A DNA stretch of 64,000 bases from Dehalococcoidia bacterium. Its GTDB lineage: Bacteria > Chloroflexota > Dehalococcoidia > Bin125. The position numbers and the translations under genes were made by a program. The DNA is taken from positions 42,343-106,342 of the forward strand of contig JAJDXE010000004.1 of assembly GCA_022825265.1 (NCBI GenBank), written 5' to 3'. The notes beneath the pieces were generated by a model that saw only the letters and a list, made by a program, of their open reading frames with translations, ran no database searches and had not been told where the DNA came from. Below are positions 38,585 to 48,041 of the stretch, one piece after another; position 1 is the stretch's first letter; the number at the start of each line of letters is the position of its first letter.

Positions 38585-41023
38585 ATGCCAACGCGTGCTC
38601 CCGTGTTGGATGTTGTTGTTTCCAGAGGTGGATTCGTGAACTTGCCGCTACACGATGTCCGAGTGCTTGACCTGTCCGATCATCGGGCAGCTCTCGGCAG
38701 CAGGATGCTGGCCGACCTCGGCGCCGAGGTCACGATGGTGGAGCCGCCGGGCGGGAGTTCGATTCGGCATCTCGCGCCGTTCGTCGACGATCAGCCGTCG
38801 CTCGACGGCAGCTACCAGCATCTCTACTTCAACGTCAACAAGCGCTCCGTCGTGCTCGACTGGCGAACCAGAGAGGACATGGAGCGACTGCTCGAACTGG
38901 TTCAGGCGGCCGACATCCTGATCGAATCGAACCAGCCGGGCGAGTTTCCGGTCGCCCAGGTTCGCGCGGCGAATCCGCATCTAATCGTTGTCTCGGCGAC
39001 GCCGTACGGGTCCCGCGGTCCAAGATCCAGCTGGCGCGCAACCGACCTGACAACCACGGCCGCCGGCGGACTGCTGCAGATCAGCGGCGAGCGCGACGAT
39101 CCACCGGTGCACGGCGCGGCGTTTCCCGGTCACACGATGACCGGACTGACCATCGCCTCATCGGCGATGACGGCGCTGCACGGTCGTGATCGGACACCCG
39201 GTCAGCCCGGGTGCCAGATCGATATCTCAATGCAGGAGGCGACCTCTCTGCAGGTCGTCCAGACATCCAATCCCAACATCTGGCGCTGGCGTGGGGAGGC
39301 GCCGTATCGGCCGGCGCTCTCGCAGGTGATTCGCTGCGCCGACGATCGGTGGATGGCCTGTAACATCTCGCCGAACCGGCTGCCCGAGTTCATCGCCATG
39401 CTGGACGAAGCCGGCGTCGAGCACCATCTCGATCCCGACAACTGGGAAGTCATCCATCGCGGCGACCGCGCGGCCTGGCAGTACCTCGAGAATCCGCTGC
39501 AAGACCTGGCCAAGGACCTGGCTGCCGTCTGGCCGCGACAGCAGCTGCTGACCCGACTCTGGGAAGCCGGCATGCCTGCCATGCCCACGCTGCGCTTCAG
39601 CGAGTTCGCCGAGACTGAGCACTATCCAAGCTCAGGTCAGTTCATTGATGTCGAGACACCGGCAGTCCGCAAGTCGTTGAGCTACTCGCGCAGCCCGCTC
39701 GATCCGGTGCAGTCGCCGCTGCCGATGCGGCCTGCCCCACAGCTCGGAGCCCACGACCACGAGTCTGACACGGTGAGGGGTGAACGCTCTACGGAGCCGC
39801 CGGGCAAGTTCCCCGACATGCCGTTGGCGGGCATTCGCGTCCTCGACCTGACCTGGGTTGCCGCTGGTCCGCTCACAACCCGGCTAATGGCCAACTTCGG
39901 CGCCGAGGTGATCAAAGTCGAGTCCAGCGGCGAGCGCATGGATCCGCTGCGGGTACAGCCGGTCAACGGCGAGTTCAACTTCGACCTTCCGGACCTGTAC
40001 AACGAGGCCAACACGGGCAAGAAGTCGCTGACGCTCAACCTGGCCGATGAGCGAGGCAAGCAAGTGCTTCGGGAACTCGTGGCTCGCTGCGACGTGATGG
40101 TCAACAACTACTCGGCCGGTTCGCTGGCTCGTATGGGATTCCCCTGGGAGGAACTGCGGCAAATCAACCCGCGTCTGATCAGCGTCCACCTGCCCGGCGT
40201 CGGCGGCGATAGCCCCTGGCGGCCGCTGCGCACGCTGGGCAATCTGCTCAAGGCGGCGGCGGGGATGAACTTCCAGATGGGCTATCCGCATCAGCCGCCG
40301 CGAGGCATGGGGGTCGCGTATCCCGACTTCACGACGCCACACGTCGGGGTGACGGCGATCCTGTCGGCGCTGCGCGCGCTCGAAGAGATGGGTGAGGGCC
40401 GAGAGATCGAACTGAGCCAGCTCAGCGCGACGGTTGCCTTGCTCGGCGCGCAGTGGATGCAGTTCGATCAACTCGGCGAGGACCTGCCGCGAATCGGTAA
40501 CCGCGATCCAAACATGTGCCCGCATGGCGTGTTTCCCTCGCAGGGAGACGACCAGTGGGTCGCGATCGCAATGGAGTCCGACGGCCAGTGGCCGGCATTC
40601 GCGACGGCGATTCGCCGTCCAGACTGGGCGGAGCAGTCGGAACTTCAGTCGTTGTCCGGCAGGCAGGCTTGCGAGGATGAGATTGAAGCTGCGATCGCTC
40701 AGTGGACTAGCGAGCTCAGCAAGTGGGACGCCGCCGAGCAGATGCAAGCGGTGGGCATCGCCGCCAACGCGGTCGAGGACCTGCGCGACATGATGGATAT
40801 CGACGAGCACTTCCGCGATCACTACCAGCGGGTCGAGCAGCCCTCGCATCCTGGCTTCGGCATCTGGGTTGATCGACCGCCGTGGGAATTCGCCCATCTG
40901 GAACCGCGAGTGATCGAGCGCTCGCCGATGCTGGGCGAGCACAACGAAGAGATCCTGAGCGGGTTGCTCGGCAAGACCGGGGATGAGATCGCCGAGCTGA
41001 TCGCGGCTGGTGTCGTCGGTTGA
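38585..41023 (+). CDS. Duplicated-domain family-III CoA-transferase (two CaiB/BaiF modules in one 812 aa chain).
   Basis: Module 1 begins LPLHDVRVLDLSDHRAALGSRMLADLGAEVTMVEPP. Module 2 begins MPLAGIRVLDLTWVAAGPLTTRLMANFGAEVIKVES. A ~60 aa linker separates them. Confidence 0.7.
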   Translation: MPTRAPVLDVVVSRGGFVNLPLHDVRVLDLSDHRAALGSRMLADLGAEVTMVEPPGGSSIRHLAPFVDDQPSLDGSYQHLYFNVNKRSVVLDWRTREDMERLLELVQAADILIESNQPGEFPVAQVRAANPHLIVVSATPYGSRGPRSSWRATDLTTTAAGGLLQISGERDDPPVHGAAFPGHTMTGLTIASSAMTALHGRDRTPGQPGCQIDISMQEATSLQVVQTSNPNIWRWRGEAPYRPALSQVIRCADDRWMACNISPNRLPEFIAMLDEAGVEHHLDPDNWEVIHRGDRAAWQYLENPLQDLAKDLAAVWPRQQLLTRLWEAGMPAMPTLRFSEFAETEHYPSSGQFIDVETPAVRKSLSYSRSPLDPVQSPLPMRPAPQLGAHDHESDTVRGERSTEPPGKFPDMPLAGIRVLDLTWVAAGPLTTRLMANFGAEVIKVESSGERMDPLRVQPVNGEFNFDLPDLYNEANTGKKSLTLNLADERGKQVLRELVARCDVMVNNYSAGSLARMGFPWEELRQINPRLISVHLPGVGGDSPWRPLRTLGNLLKAAAGMNFQMGYPHQPPRGMGVAYPDFTTPHVGVTAILSALRALEEMGEGREIELSQLSATVALLGAQWMQFDQLGEDLPRIGNRDPNMCPHGVFPSQGDDQWVAIAMESDGQWPAFATAIRRPDWAEQSELQSLSGRQACEDEIEAAIAQWTSELSKWDAAEQMQAVGIAANAVEDLRDMMDIDEHFRDHYQRVEQPSHPGFGIWVDRPPWEFAHLEPRVIERSPMLGEHNEEILSGLLGKTGDEIAELIAAGVVG

Positions 41024-41055
41024 GCCGAGCGGCTACCCATCGATAGGGAGACTCC

Positions 41056-42018
41056 ATGCCGAAGTACGTGATGTTGCCGCCGATCGACGATGACATCCGC
41101 GAGTGGGCTCAGCGGATGCGCGAAGAGATTCCGGGCTTGGATGTCGTGGTTGTGGAAGATGAGACGGACGGTCCGCAGGAATTGGCCGACGCGGACGGCG
41201 CCTACGGCTGGGTTCCGCCCGAGGTGCTGCCCAATGTCGAGCGGTTGCGACTGTTGCAGAATCCGTTCGCCGGACCACCGGTGGGCTGGTACTACCCGGA
41301 GCTGGCTGAACATTCCGTGACGGTCAGCAATCCCCGAGGTATCTATTCCGACCACATCGCCCACCACATCATGATGTACATGCTCGCGCTCTCGCGCGGG
41401 CTGCCCTACTACTCGGCCGCGCAGGCCGAGGGTCGCTGGGACACGCGGGCTCGCAAACACGGATACGTCGACCTGACCGAGTCGACCGTGCTGATCAACG
41501 GCATTGGCGGGATCGGTTCGGAGGCCGCGCGCTTGTGTTCGGCGTTTGGTTGCCGAGTGATCGGCGTCGATCCAAGTCCGTACGGTGAGTTCGAAGGTGA
41601 CCTCGTTCCGCCGTCGGAGCTTGACGCCCGCCTGCCCGAGGCCGACTTCGTCGTCACCACGGTTCCACACACGCCCGAGACCGAGTTCATGTGGAACGCC
41701 GACCGCTTCGCAGCGATGAAGGACACGGCATACTTCATCAACATCGGCCGTGGCATGACCTGCAAACTCGATGACCTGGTCGCTGCCCTCGACGACGGTG
41801 AGATCGCCGGGGCAGGCCTGGACGTGTACGAGATCGAGCCGCTGCCCGAGGGCCATCCGCTCTGGCAGATGGAGAACGTGATCCTGACGCCGCACATCGC
41901 GGTCGCCAACGCAGTGAACATCCCCGAGCGACGCTTTGAGTTGATTCTTGAGAACGCGCGGCGGCTCGTTGAGGGTCGCGATTTCGTTAACGTCGTCGAC
42001 AAGGAGAAGTGGTACTAG
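41056..42018 (+). CDS. D-isomer-specific 2-hydroxyacid dehydrogenase family protein.
   Basis: NAD-binding GIGGIGSEAARLCSAFGCRVIGVD and the catalytic R/E/H arrangement. Confidence 0.8.
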   Translation: MPKYVMLPPIDDDIREWAQRMREEIPGLDVVVVEDETDGPQELADADGAYGWVPPEVLPNVERLRLLQNPFAGPPVGWYYPELAEHSVTVSNPRGIYSDHIAHHIMMYMLALSRGLPYYSAAQAEGRWDTRARKHGYVDLTESTVLINGIGGIGSEAARLCSAFGCRVIGVDPSPYGEFEGDLVPPSELDARLPEADFVVTTVPHTPETEFMWNADRFAAMKDTAYFINIGRGMTCKLDDLVAALDDGEIAGAGLDVYEIEPLPEGHPLWQMENVILTPHIAVANAVNIPERRFELILENARRLVEGRDFVNVVDKEKWY

Positions 42019-42054
42019 AGCCACTGGCCGGAATGTTGGAGATCGGGGCCCGTC

Positions 42055-43107
42055 ATGAAGATCGTGGAAATGTACGGCGATTCGCGCGTGGGAGTGGTCG
42101 AAGCCCCTGAACCTGAGCCGCGCGACAACTGGGTCGTGGTCAAGGTGATTGCGAGCACGATCTGCGGCACCGAGGCGCGAACCTACCAGTACGGCGACAG
42201 CACGTTCAACTCGCACTCCTACAACTCTGGCCATGAGGCCGCCGGGATCGTCTGGAAGGCCGGGCCGACGGCCAAGATTGCCGAGGGAACCAGAGTCGCG
42301 TTGATTGCGCACATGGGCGAGCAGTGCAATCAGTGCTTCTACTGCTACCAGGGCCTCTGGCTGCTGTGCACGAACCTGACCGAGGGCGGCGAGGAGTACC
42401 TGGGCACGCACGCGCAGTACATTATCCGGCCCGACAGTCACTGCATCCCGATGCCCGATGACGTGCCGTTTGAAATCGGCTCGATCCTGGTCGACGCCGT
42501 CGGCACGCCCTACCGCGCGATCCGCCGGCTGGACGTGAATGGATTCGACACGGTGCTGATCACCGGTCTGGGTCCGCTGGGGGCGTCGGCGGCGATCATT
42601 TGTGAGAAGCTCGGCGCCCGCGTGATCGCGAGCGAACCTGCCGAGTATCGCCGCAGCCTGGCTCGCGAGTACGGGGTCGACGTCGCGATTGATCCCATGT
42701 CGGAAGACGCGCTGGAACGGGTGATGGATCTCACTGATGGCCGCGGGCCCGACGTCGCGCTGGACTTCACCGGCTACACCGAGCCGCAGATGCTCTGCGT
42801 CGACTCGGTCAGGGTCGGCGGACGGGTCGGCTTCATCGGTCTCAAGTACGACGAGACGCCGGACGGTCCGGTACCGCGACCGACACCGGTGACCGTCGCC
42901 GGTCATTTGCTGCCCAAGGAACTGACCCTGATCGGAAGCTGGAGCGTCGCACCGCACGAGATGTTGGAGTTGTACGAGCTGGTCCAGAAGGGTCTACCGG
43001 TCGAGAAGCTGATCACGCACCGGTTCAGCATCGACGAGGCGCAGGAGGCGTACGAGACGGCATTCAATCAGCGCGGCTGCAAGGTGATCATCGATCCGTG
43101 GGCATGA
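42055..43107 (+). CDS. Zinc-dependent medium-chain alcohol dehydrogenase (threonine/sorbitol-DH-like).
   Basis: GHEAAGIV zinc ligand region, structural-zinc Cys cluster CNQCFYCYQGLWLLC, and GLGPLG NAD motif. Confidence 0.8.
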   Translation: MKIVEMYGDSRVGVVEAPEPEPRDNWVVVKVIASTICGTEARTYQYGDSTFNSHSYNSGHEAAGIVWKAGPTAKIAEGTRVALIAHMGEQCNQCFYCYQGLWLLCTNLTEGGEEYLGTHAQYIIRPDSHCIPMPDDVPFEIGSILVDAVGTPYRAIRRLDVNGFDTVLITGLGPLGASAAIICEKLGARVIASEPAEYRRSLAREYGVDVAIDPMSEDALERVMDLTDGRGPDVALDFTGYTEPQMLCVDSVRVGGRVGFIGLKYDETPDGPVPRPTPVTVAGHLLPKELTLIGSWSVAPHEMLELYELVQKGLPVEKLITHRFSIDEAQEAYETAFNQRGCKVIIDPWA

Positions 43108-43116
43108 TGGAAACGC

Positions 43117-45633
43117 CTAGCGAATCACCTCGTCGACGAGCAACTGGGTGAACTCTTCCTCGCTCAGGCCGAGTTCCTGCCGATAGACCTGCTCGTTGTG
43201 CTCTCCGAAGAAGGGCGCACGGCGGATCGGCAAACGCTCCCCGTTCCAGAGGAACGGCTGGTTCTGAGCCATGAATCTGATTCCGACCGGGTGATCGAAC
43301 TCGTGGAAGAAGCCCTGCATCGACGGATCGGTGTCAACCAGGTCCTCAATGTCTTCGTTCGGTCCAGCCGGTACCCCGACCGCTTCGAATGAGGCAGTCG
43401 CCTGCCACACGCCCTGTCCGCAGGTCCACGCTGTGATCGCTGCCTCGATCTCGTCCTCAGCGGCCTTGCGCCCAGCCAGCGTGCGCAGATCGTCGCGCGA
43501 AGCCAGGTCGTCGCGACCAATCACACGGCAGATCTCCAGCCAGTCGACCGTGTTCCGCGCCGACAGCGCCAACCAGCGATCATCCCCTGCGCAGCGGAAC
43601 AGTCCGTGCGGAGACATCTCAGGCGAGCGATTGCCGCGTCTTGGCGACAACTCACCGTTGGCAAGCTGCTCGATCAGCTCCGTGTCGAGCAGGTGGATGC
43701 CAGCCTCGTACTGAGGAATCTCGATCTCCTGCCCGACCCCGGTGCGATCACGCTGGATCAGCGCCGAAATGATCGCCGTCACCGCCAGCGGGCCGAGCGT
43801 AAAATCGGTATGCAGCAACACACCGGTCGGCTTGCGGTCGGCAGCGCCGGTGTGGGCGGCCAGTCCGCAAAGCGCGACCACGCTATTCCCGATCCCCTTC
43901 CACGACGCCTTCGGACCCCAGGTCCCCATCACCGGCAGGCTGCACACAACGATCCGAGGATTGATCTTCTTCAGGTCTTCAAACCCCAGCCCCAATCGCT
44001 TCATCACGCCGCCCGTGAAGTTGTCGGTTACGACATCCGACTCGCGGATCAGGTCGTAGGCAACCCGAAGTCCGTCGGGCGCGCCGAGGTTGAGATTGAT
44101 GCTGCGCTTGTCGGTGTTGCAGTCCTGGAAAAACGCGCCGGTCTCAATCGTCGGCGGATCATGCGCAGGCAGCGCCACGCGAAGCGTGTCGATCCGGGCG
44201 TCGGACTCAACCTTGATCACATCCGCGCCGAGGTTGGCCATCAGCTCCGTCGTCAAGGGCCCCGCCGCCTGCCAGCAGAAGTCGATGACGCGAATCCCCT
44301 TGAGCGGCAGGCTGTCTCGATGGGCTGAGGACCTAGGCCGCGATCCATTTGCTCCCCCCTCTGGGGGGAGCTGTCGCGAAGCGACTGAGGGGGGTCCCGC
44401 CGCCGCTGCGGTACGGCGATTCGATCCCGCAACCAACCCACTGCCAACCAAATCGTCATATTCCGCAGAATCCAGACCAAGCAACTCCGACAGCACATTC
44501 CACGTATCCGCGCCCAACACCGGCGCCGGCCGGCCGACCGGCTCATAGCCGGTCGAGTGGATCGGCAGGCGCGGGAGATCGATCTCCCGCTCGAACTGAG
44601 GATGCTCAACCGAGAGGAATGCCCCTCGCTCATGTAGATGCGAGTCCTCGATGATGTCGCGGGCTGAGTTCACCGGCACGGCCAGGAACCCCCGGGACTG
44701 ACCCTCGTAGCACAGCTCCTCCCGATCCACCGAGGCGCAGGCTCGCTGAAACGCCTGGTGAGTCTCGCCGCCCCACTCCGGGATGTAGATGTCGCCCGGA
44801 TACTCCGCTCCGATGATTCCGTCGTAGCCCGCCCGCTCATACAGCCACTGTCCGAAGGCCGCCCAGCGTTCGTGCGTGTTCGGAGTAATCCCGAACGTCA
44901 GCCACCGACCGTCCCTGGCCTGCAACAGCGAAGAAATATCGCCCCCCGGACGAAACGCCTTCTCGCCCATCTGCCGCCACATGTTCTCGTTGGCGAAATG
45001 GATCGTGGTCGAGAGAATCGCTTCCTGCAGCGAGATGTACGCATGACTCGCGCGGACGCCGTTGCGCCGGTCGTAGAGCATCGCCACGCCGGTCGCCGCC
45101 GCGACCTGGCTGGCCTGCTTGTAAGCCAGCTTGCCCGCCGGATAGTCGGGCGCGACCTCAGGAAAACCCAGGCCCTCCATCAGACCACCGGCGGCGACGC
45201 CGACAATGTCAGACGCTGGCAGTCCCTCGCCGCCGCGCCGCGTCACCACGTCAATCACGCCCAGGTGCGGATGCACGCGCTGCAACCGTTCGCGGTCATA
45301 GAAGCGGCGCACGTCTGCATTCTTGTCCAACGGCGCGAGCACAACATCGGCGGCATCAAGCAGCCGATCGATCAGATCCCAAGCCCCCGGAGCATCGAAG
45401 TTCAGCGCCAGGCTGCGCTTGCCTGCGTTGTAGAGCAGATGCCGCAGCCCGCTCTCAATATCCGTCCCGTCGTCCAGATGCGGCCCGTTGATTCGCAGCG
45501 CGTCGCCCGTTGTTGCTTCAACCCGGATCACATCCGCGCCGAAGTCCGACAGCCAGCGAGCGCCCAGCGCCAGGCACTCGTCGCTCAGGTCGATCACGAC
45601 CGAGCTCGCCAGCGGAAGATCGGATAGCGCCAT
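43117..45633 (-). CDS. Duplicated-domain family-III CoA-transferase (838 aa), paralog of 38585..41023. A REP element is embedded in its inter-domain linker.
   Basis: Module 1 begins VVIDLSDECLALGARWLSDFGADVIRVEA. Module 2 begins LPLKGIRVIDFCWQAAGPLTTELMANLGADVIKVES. The linker ...AAAAGPPSVASRQLPPEGGANG... is encoded by the repeat at 44349-44400. Confidence 0.7.
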   Translation of the reverse strand: MALSDLPLASSVVIDLSDECLALGARWLSDFGADVIRVEATTGDALRINGPHLDDGTDIESGLRHLLYNAGKRSLALNFDAPGAWDLIDRLLDAADVVLAPLDKNADVRRFYDRERLQRVHPHLGVIDVVTRRGGEGLPASDIVGVAAGGLMEGLGFPEVAPDYPAGKLAYKQASQVAAATGVAMLYDRRNGVRASHAYISLQEAILSTTIHFANENMWRQMGEKAFRPGGDISSLLQARDGRWLTFGITPNTHERWAAFGQWLYERAGYDGIIGAEYPGDIYIPEWGGETHQAFQRACASVDREELCYEGQSRGFLAVPVNSARDIIEDSHLHERGAFLSVEHPQFEREIDLPRLPIHSTGYEPVGRPAPVLGADTWNVLSELLGLDSAEYDDLVGSGLVAGSNRRTAAAAGPPSVASRQLPPEGGANGSRPRSSAHRDSLPLKGIRVIDFCWQAAGPLTTELMANLGADVIKVESDARIDTLRVALPAHDPPTIETGAFFQDCNTDKRSINLNLGAPDGLRVAYDLIRESDVVTDNFTGGVMKRLGLGFEDLKKINPRIVVCSLPVMGTWGPKASWKGIGNSVVALCGLAAHTGAADRKPTGVLLHTDFTLGPLAVTAIISALIQRDRTGVGQEIEIPQYEAGIHLLDTELIEQLANGELSPRRGNRSPEMSPHGLFRCAGDDRWLALSARNTVDWLEICRVIGRDDLASRDDLRTLAGRKAAEDEIEAAITAWTCGQGVWQATASFEAVGVPAGPNEDIEDLVDTDPSMQGFFHEFDHPVGIRFMAQNQPFLWNGERLPIRRAPFFGEHNEQVYRQELGLSEEEFTQLLVDEVIR
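44349..44400. repeat. REP-family palindromic unit (gctcccccc-tct-ggggggagc ... gaggggggtcccgc) located inside a coding region.
   Basis: Direct read. It is homologous to the intergenic copy at 49211-49285 and is translated in-frame on the minus strand. Confidence 0.55.
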
Positions 45634-46406
45634 CAGCCCAGAGTAGATTCGTACGGGTGTTGGCGATACAGATCGCTCATCCGGTGAGTGATCAGCTGCA
45701 TCCGCAGGTCGTCATCGAGATGCGGCCACAGCGACCGATTCATCGATTCCTTGACCACGCCGAAGTAGCCGTGCCGCTCCCGCCCCATCGCCGCCAGACG
45801 GTTGGCCAGCTCATCCACTTCCTCGCGCAGCTTGCCCGGCTCGGCCACGCTGGTCACGAGACCCAGCTCCGCCGCCTCCGTCCCCGAAATGAACCGATCG
45901 TCGAGGATTAGCCGCGTCGCCTGCTTGAGCCCGACGTACTTGGGCAGAAACGCCGTCGCCGGGATCACCATCCGCAACTTCGCGTCCGGATCCGCGATCG
46001 CGTAGTCCGAGGCCAGCATCAAATCGAACCCCGAGCCCATGCAATAGCCCTGCACCTGCGCGATCACCATCTGCGGAATCCGCCGGAGCAGCGACTGCAT
46101 CCGAAAGTACGGATGCCGCTCCAGGTTGAACGCGGCGATGTGCGGAGCGTGATACGGGTTCTTCCACGGGTAGTCGGGAATCGATCCGTCCCCGCCCTCC
46201 GACACGTCATCGCCCGAGCAGAAGGAGCGTCCCTCACCAGCCAGCACCAGAACCTGAACCGCCGGGTCGCGCCCGACCCGGTTGATGACCTCGATCATCG
46301 CGTCGCCGACCTCGGTGTTGATCGCATTGTGTCGCTCAGGTCGGTTGATCGTCAGCCGGGTGATCGGCCCCTCCTCAACAATGAGTTCGCTGTGTTCGTT
46401 GGACAT
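45633..46406 (-). CDS. Enoyl-CoA hydratase/isomerase family protein.
   Basis: 257 aa. …LTINRPERHNAINTEV… and QGYCMGSGFDLMLASD are crotonase motifs. Confidence 0.8.
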   Translation of the reverse strand: MSNEHSELIVEEGPITRLTINRPERHNAINTEVGDAMIEVINRVGRDPAVQVLVLAGEGRSFCSGDDVSEGGDGSIPDYPWKNPYHAPHIAAFNLERHPYFRMQSLLRRIPQMVIAQVQGYCMGSGFDLMLASDYAIADPDAKLRMVIPATAFLPKYVGLKQATRLILDDRFISGTEAAELGLVTSVAEPGKLREEVDELANRLAAMGRERHGYFGVVKESMNRSLWPHLDDDLRMQLITHRMSDLYRQHPYESTLG

Positions 46407-46585
46407 GATTCGTCTCCCCCACCTGGCCCGAAGCCTAGATCACCTGCCAAGCCCTCGCTGAGACCCGTGTCAAGCGTCCACATACCGAGAAAATCAGGCG
46501 ATCCCGTGACAAATTGTGTAGCTTGTGATACGGAGCGCCACGCGGTGAGTGGGGCTCTGTCCTGGTACGGAATCTGAGGAAACAC

Positions 46586-47995
46586 ATGTCGGAAACGCTG
46601 GAGATCGCCCAGATGGCGCACTTGATGCGGCGGGCTGGGTTTGGCGCGTCGCGCGATGAGCTGGAGCGGCTCGTCGAGCAGGGTTACGAAGAGACGGTCG
46701 AGCAGTTGGTCGACCCGCCCGCGGAGATCCCGCGCGCCGACCTGTATCAACTATTCCGCTACATGCCGTCGCTGGAGACCGGTGGTCCGGTGACTGTCCC
46801 CGGGGCGGCCAACTGGCTCTACCACCTGGTCAACACGCAGCGGCCGCTGGAAGAGAAGATGGCGCTGTTCTGGCACGGCATCTTCGCGGTGGGCAACTCC
46901 AAGGTCGACAACGACAATCACCTGACCGCGATGGTCGACATGTTCCGCGATCACGGAACCGGCAACTATCGCGACCTGCTCATCATGCTGGCCCAGAGCC
47001 CGGCGATGATTTACTGGCTCGACAACCACGAGAACCACAAGCGCTCGCCCAACGAGAACTGGGGCCGCGAGTTGTTGGAGCTGTTCTCGATGGGGGTCGG
47101 CAACTACACGGAGAAGGACGTCTTCGAGTGCGCCCGCGCCTTCACCGGCTGGACGCTGGGTCCGAAGATCCCGCGCGTGCCCAACCACCGCTTCTTCTTC
47201 CAGTTCGAGTTCCGCCCCGAGGAGCACGACTTCGGCGAGAAAGAGTTCCTCGGCCGCACGGGCAACTTCGACGGCCTCGACATCATCGACATCATCCTCG
47301 AGGAAGACGCCTGCCCGCGCTTCATCGCGCGCCATCTGTACACGTTCTTCGTCGCCGACGAGCCGCAGGTGCCGGCCTGGGACATCGAACCACCGAAGGA
47401 TCCCGAGGCGATCGACTATCTCGCCGGCGTGTTGAAGGACTCGAGCTACGAAATCAAGCCGGTCCTGCGCGCTCTGTTCAACTCGGACTTCTTCAAAGAA
47501 GCCACCTTCCAGAAGGTTAAGAGTCCGGTCGAGACCGTGGTCTCGACGCTGCGCTTGACCGAGGACCTGTTTGGTCCTCAGCCGGCCCTGATCGAGCTGG
47601 GTCAGGAATCAGCGCACATGGGCCAGAGCCTGCACAATCCGCCTTCGGTTGAAGGCTGGTCAACGGGCCCAAACTGGATCAACTCCGGCGCCGTGGTCGG
47701 ACGGATCAACTTCGTCGCCGACCGGGTGAGCAACACCGAGTTGCCCGGCGTGCAGAAGATCTGCCAGCGCGTCGCCGCGTCGAACGGCGCGAAGATGACG
47801 CCGAACGAGATGGTTGACCATTGCCTCGACCTGTTCGGTCCGCTCGACGTGGCCGAGGCCACGCGGCTGGAACTGATCGAGCACGCGTCAGAAGGCGGCG
47901 AGCTGTCCTGGAACGAGGACTACGACGGTTCCTCGGAGCGCGTCGGCGAGATGCTTGCGCTGATCGCGGCGACGACGGAGTACCAGTTCGGCTAA
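46586..47995 (+). CDS. DUF1800-domain protein.
   Basis: The N-terminal hallmark MRRAGFGAS is present. 469 aa with no signal peptide. Confidence 0.7.
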   Translation: MSETLEIAQMAHLMRRAGFGASRDELERLVEQGYEETVEQLVDPPAEIPRADLYQLFRYMPSLETGGPVTVPGAANWLYHLVNTQRPLEEKMALFWHGIFAVGNSKVDNDNHLTAMVDMFRDHGTGNYRDLLIMLAQSPAMIYWLDNHENHKRSPNENWGRELLELFSMGVGNYTEKDVFECARAFTGWTLGPKIPRVPNHRFFFQFEFRPEEHDFGEKEFLGRTGNFDGLDIIDIILEEDACPRFIARHLYTFFVADEPQVPAWDIEPPKDPEAIDYLAGVLKDSSYEIKPVLRALFNSDFFKEATFQKVKSPVETVVSTLRLTEDLFGPQPALIELGQESAHMGQSLHNPPSVEGWSTGPNWINSGAVVGRINFVADRVSNTELPGVQKICQRVAASNGAKMTPNEMVDHCLDLFGPLDVAEATRLELIEHASEGGELSWNEDYDGSSERVGEMLALIAATTEYQFG

Positions 47996-48041
47996 GAGAG
48001 CACCAACGATCGCACAGGAGCAGCACAGAGAGACCCCAGCC

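Noticed and set aside
43117-45633. The idea that the 838-aa CoA-transferase is an artefactual fusion of two genes.
   Set aside because: This is not adopted as the main reading, because the paralog at 38585..41023 has the same two-module single-ORF architecture without the repeat, so the duplication appears ancestral. The finding still flags a sequencing check.
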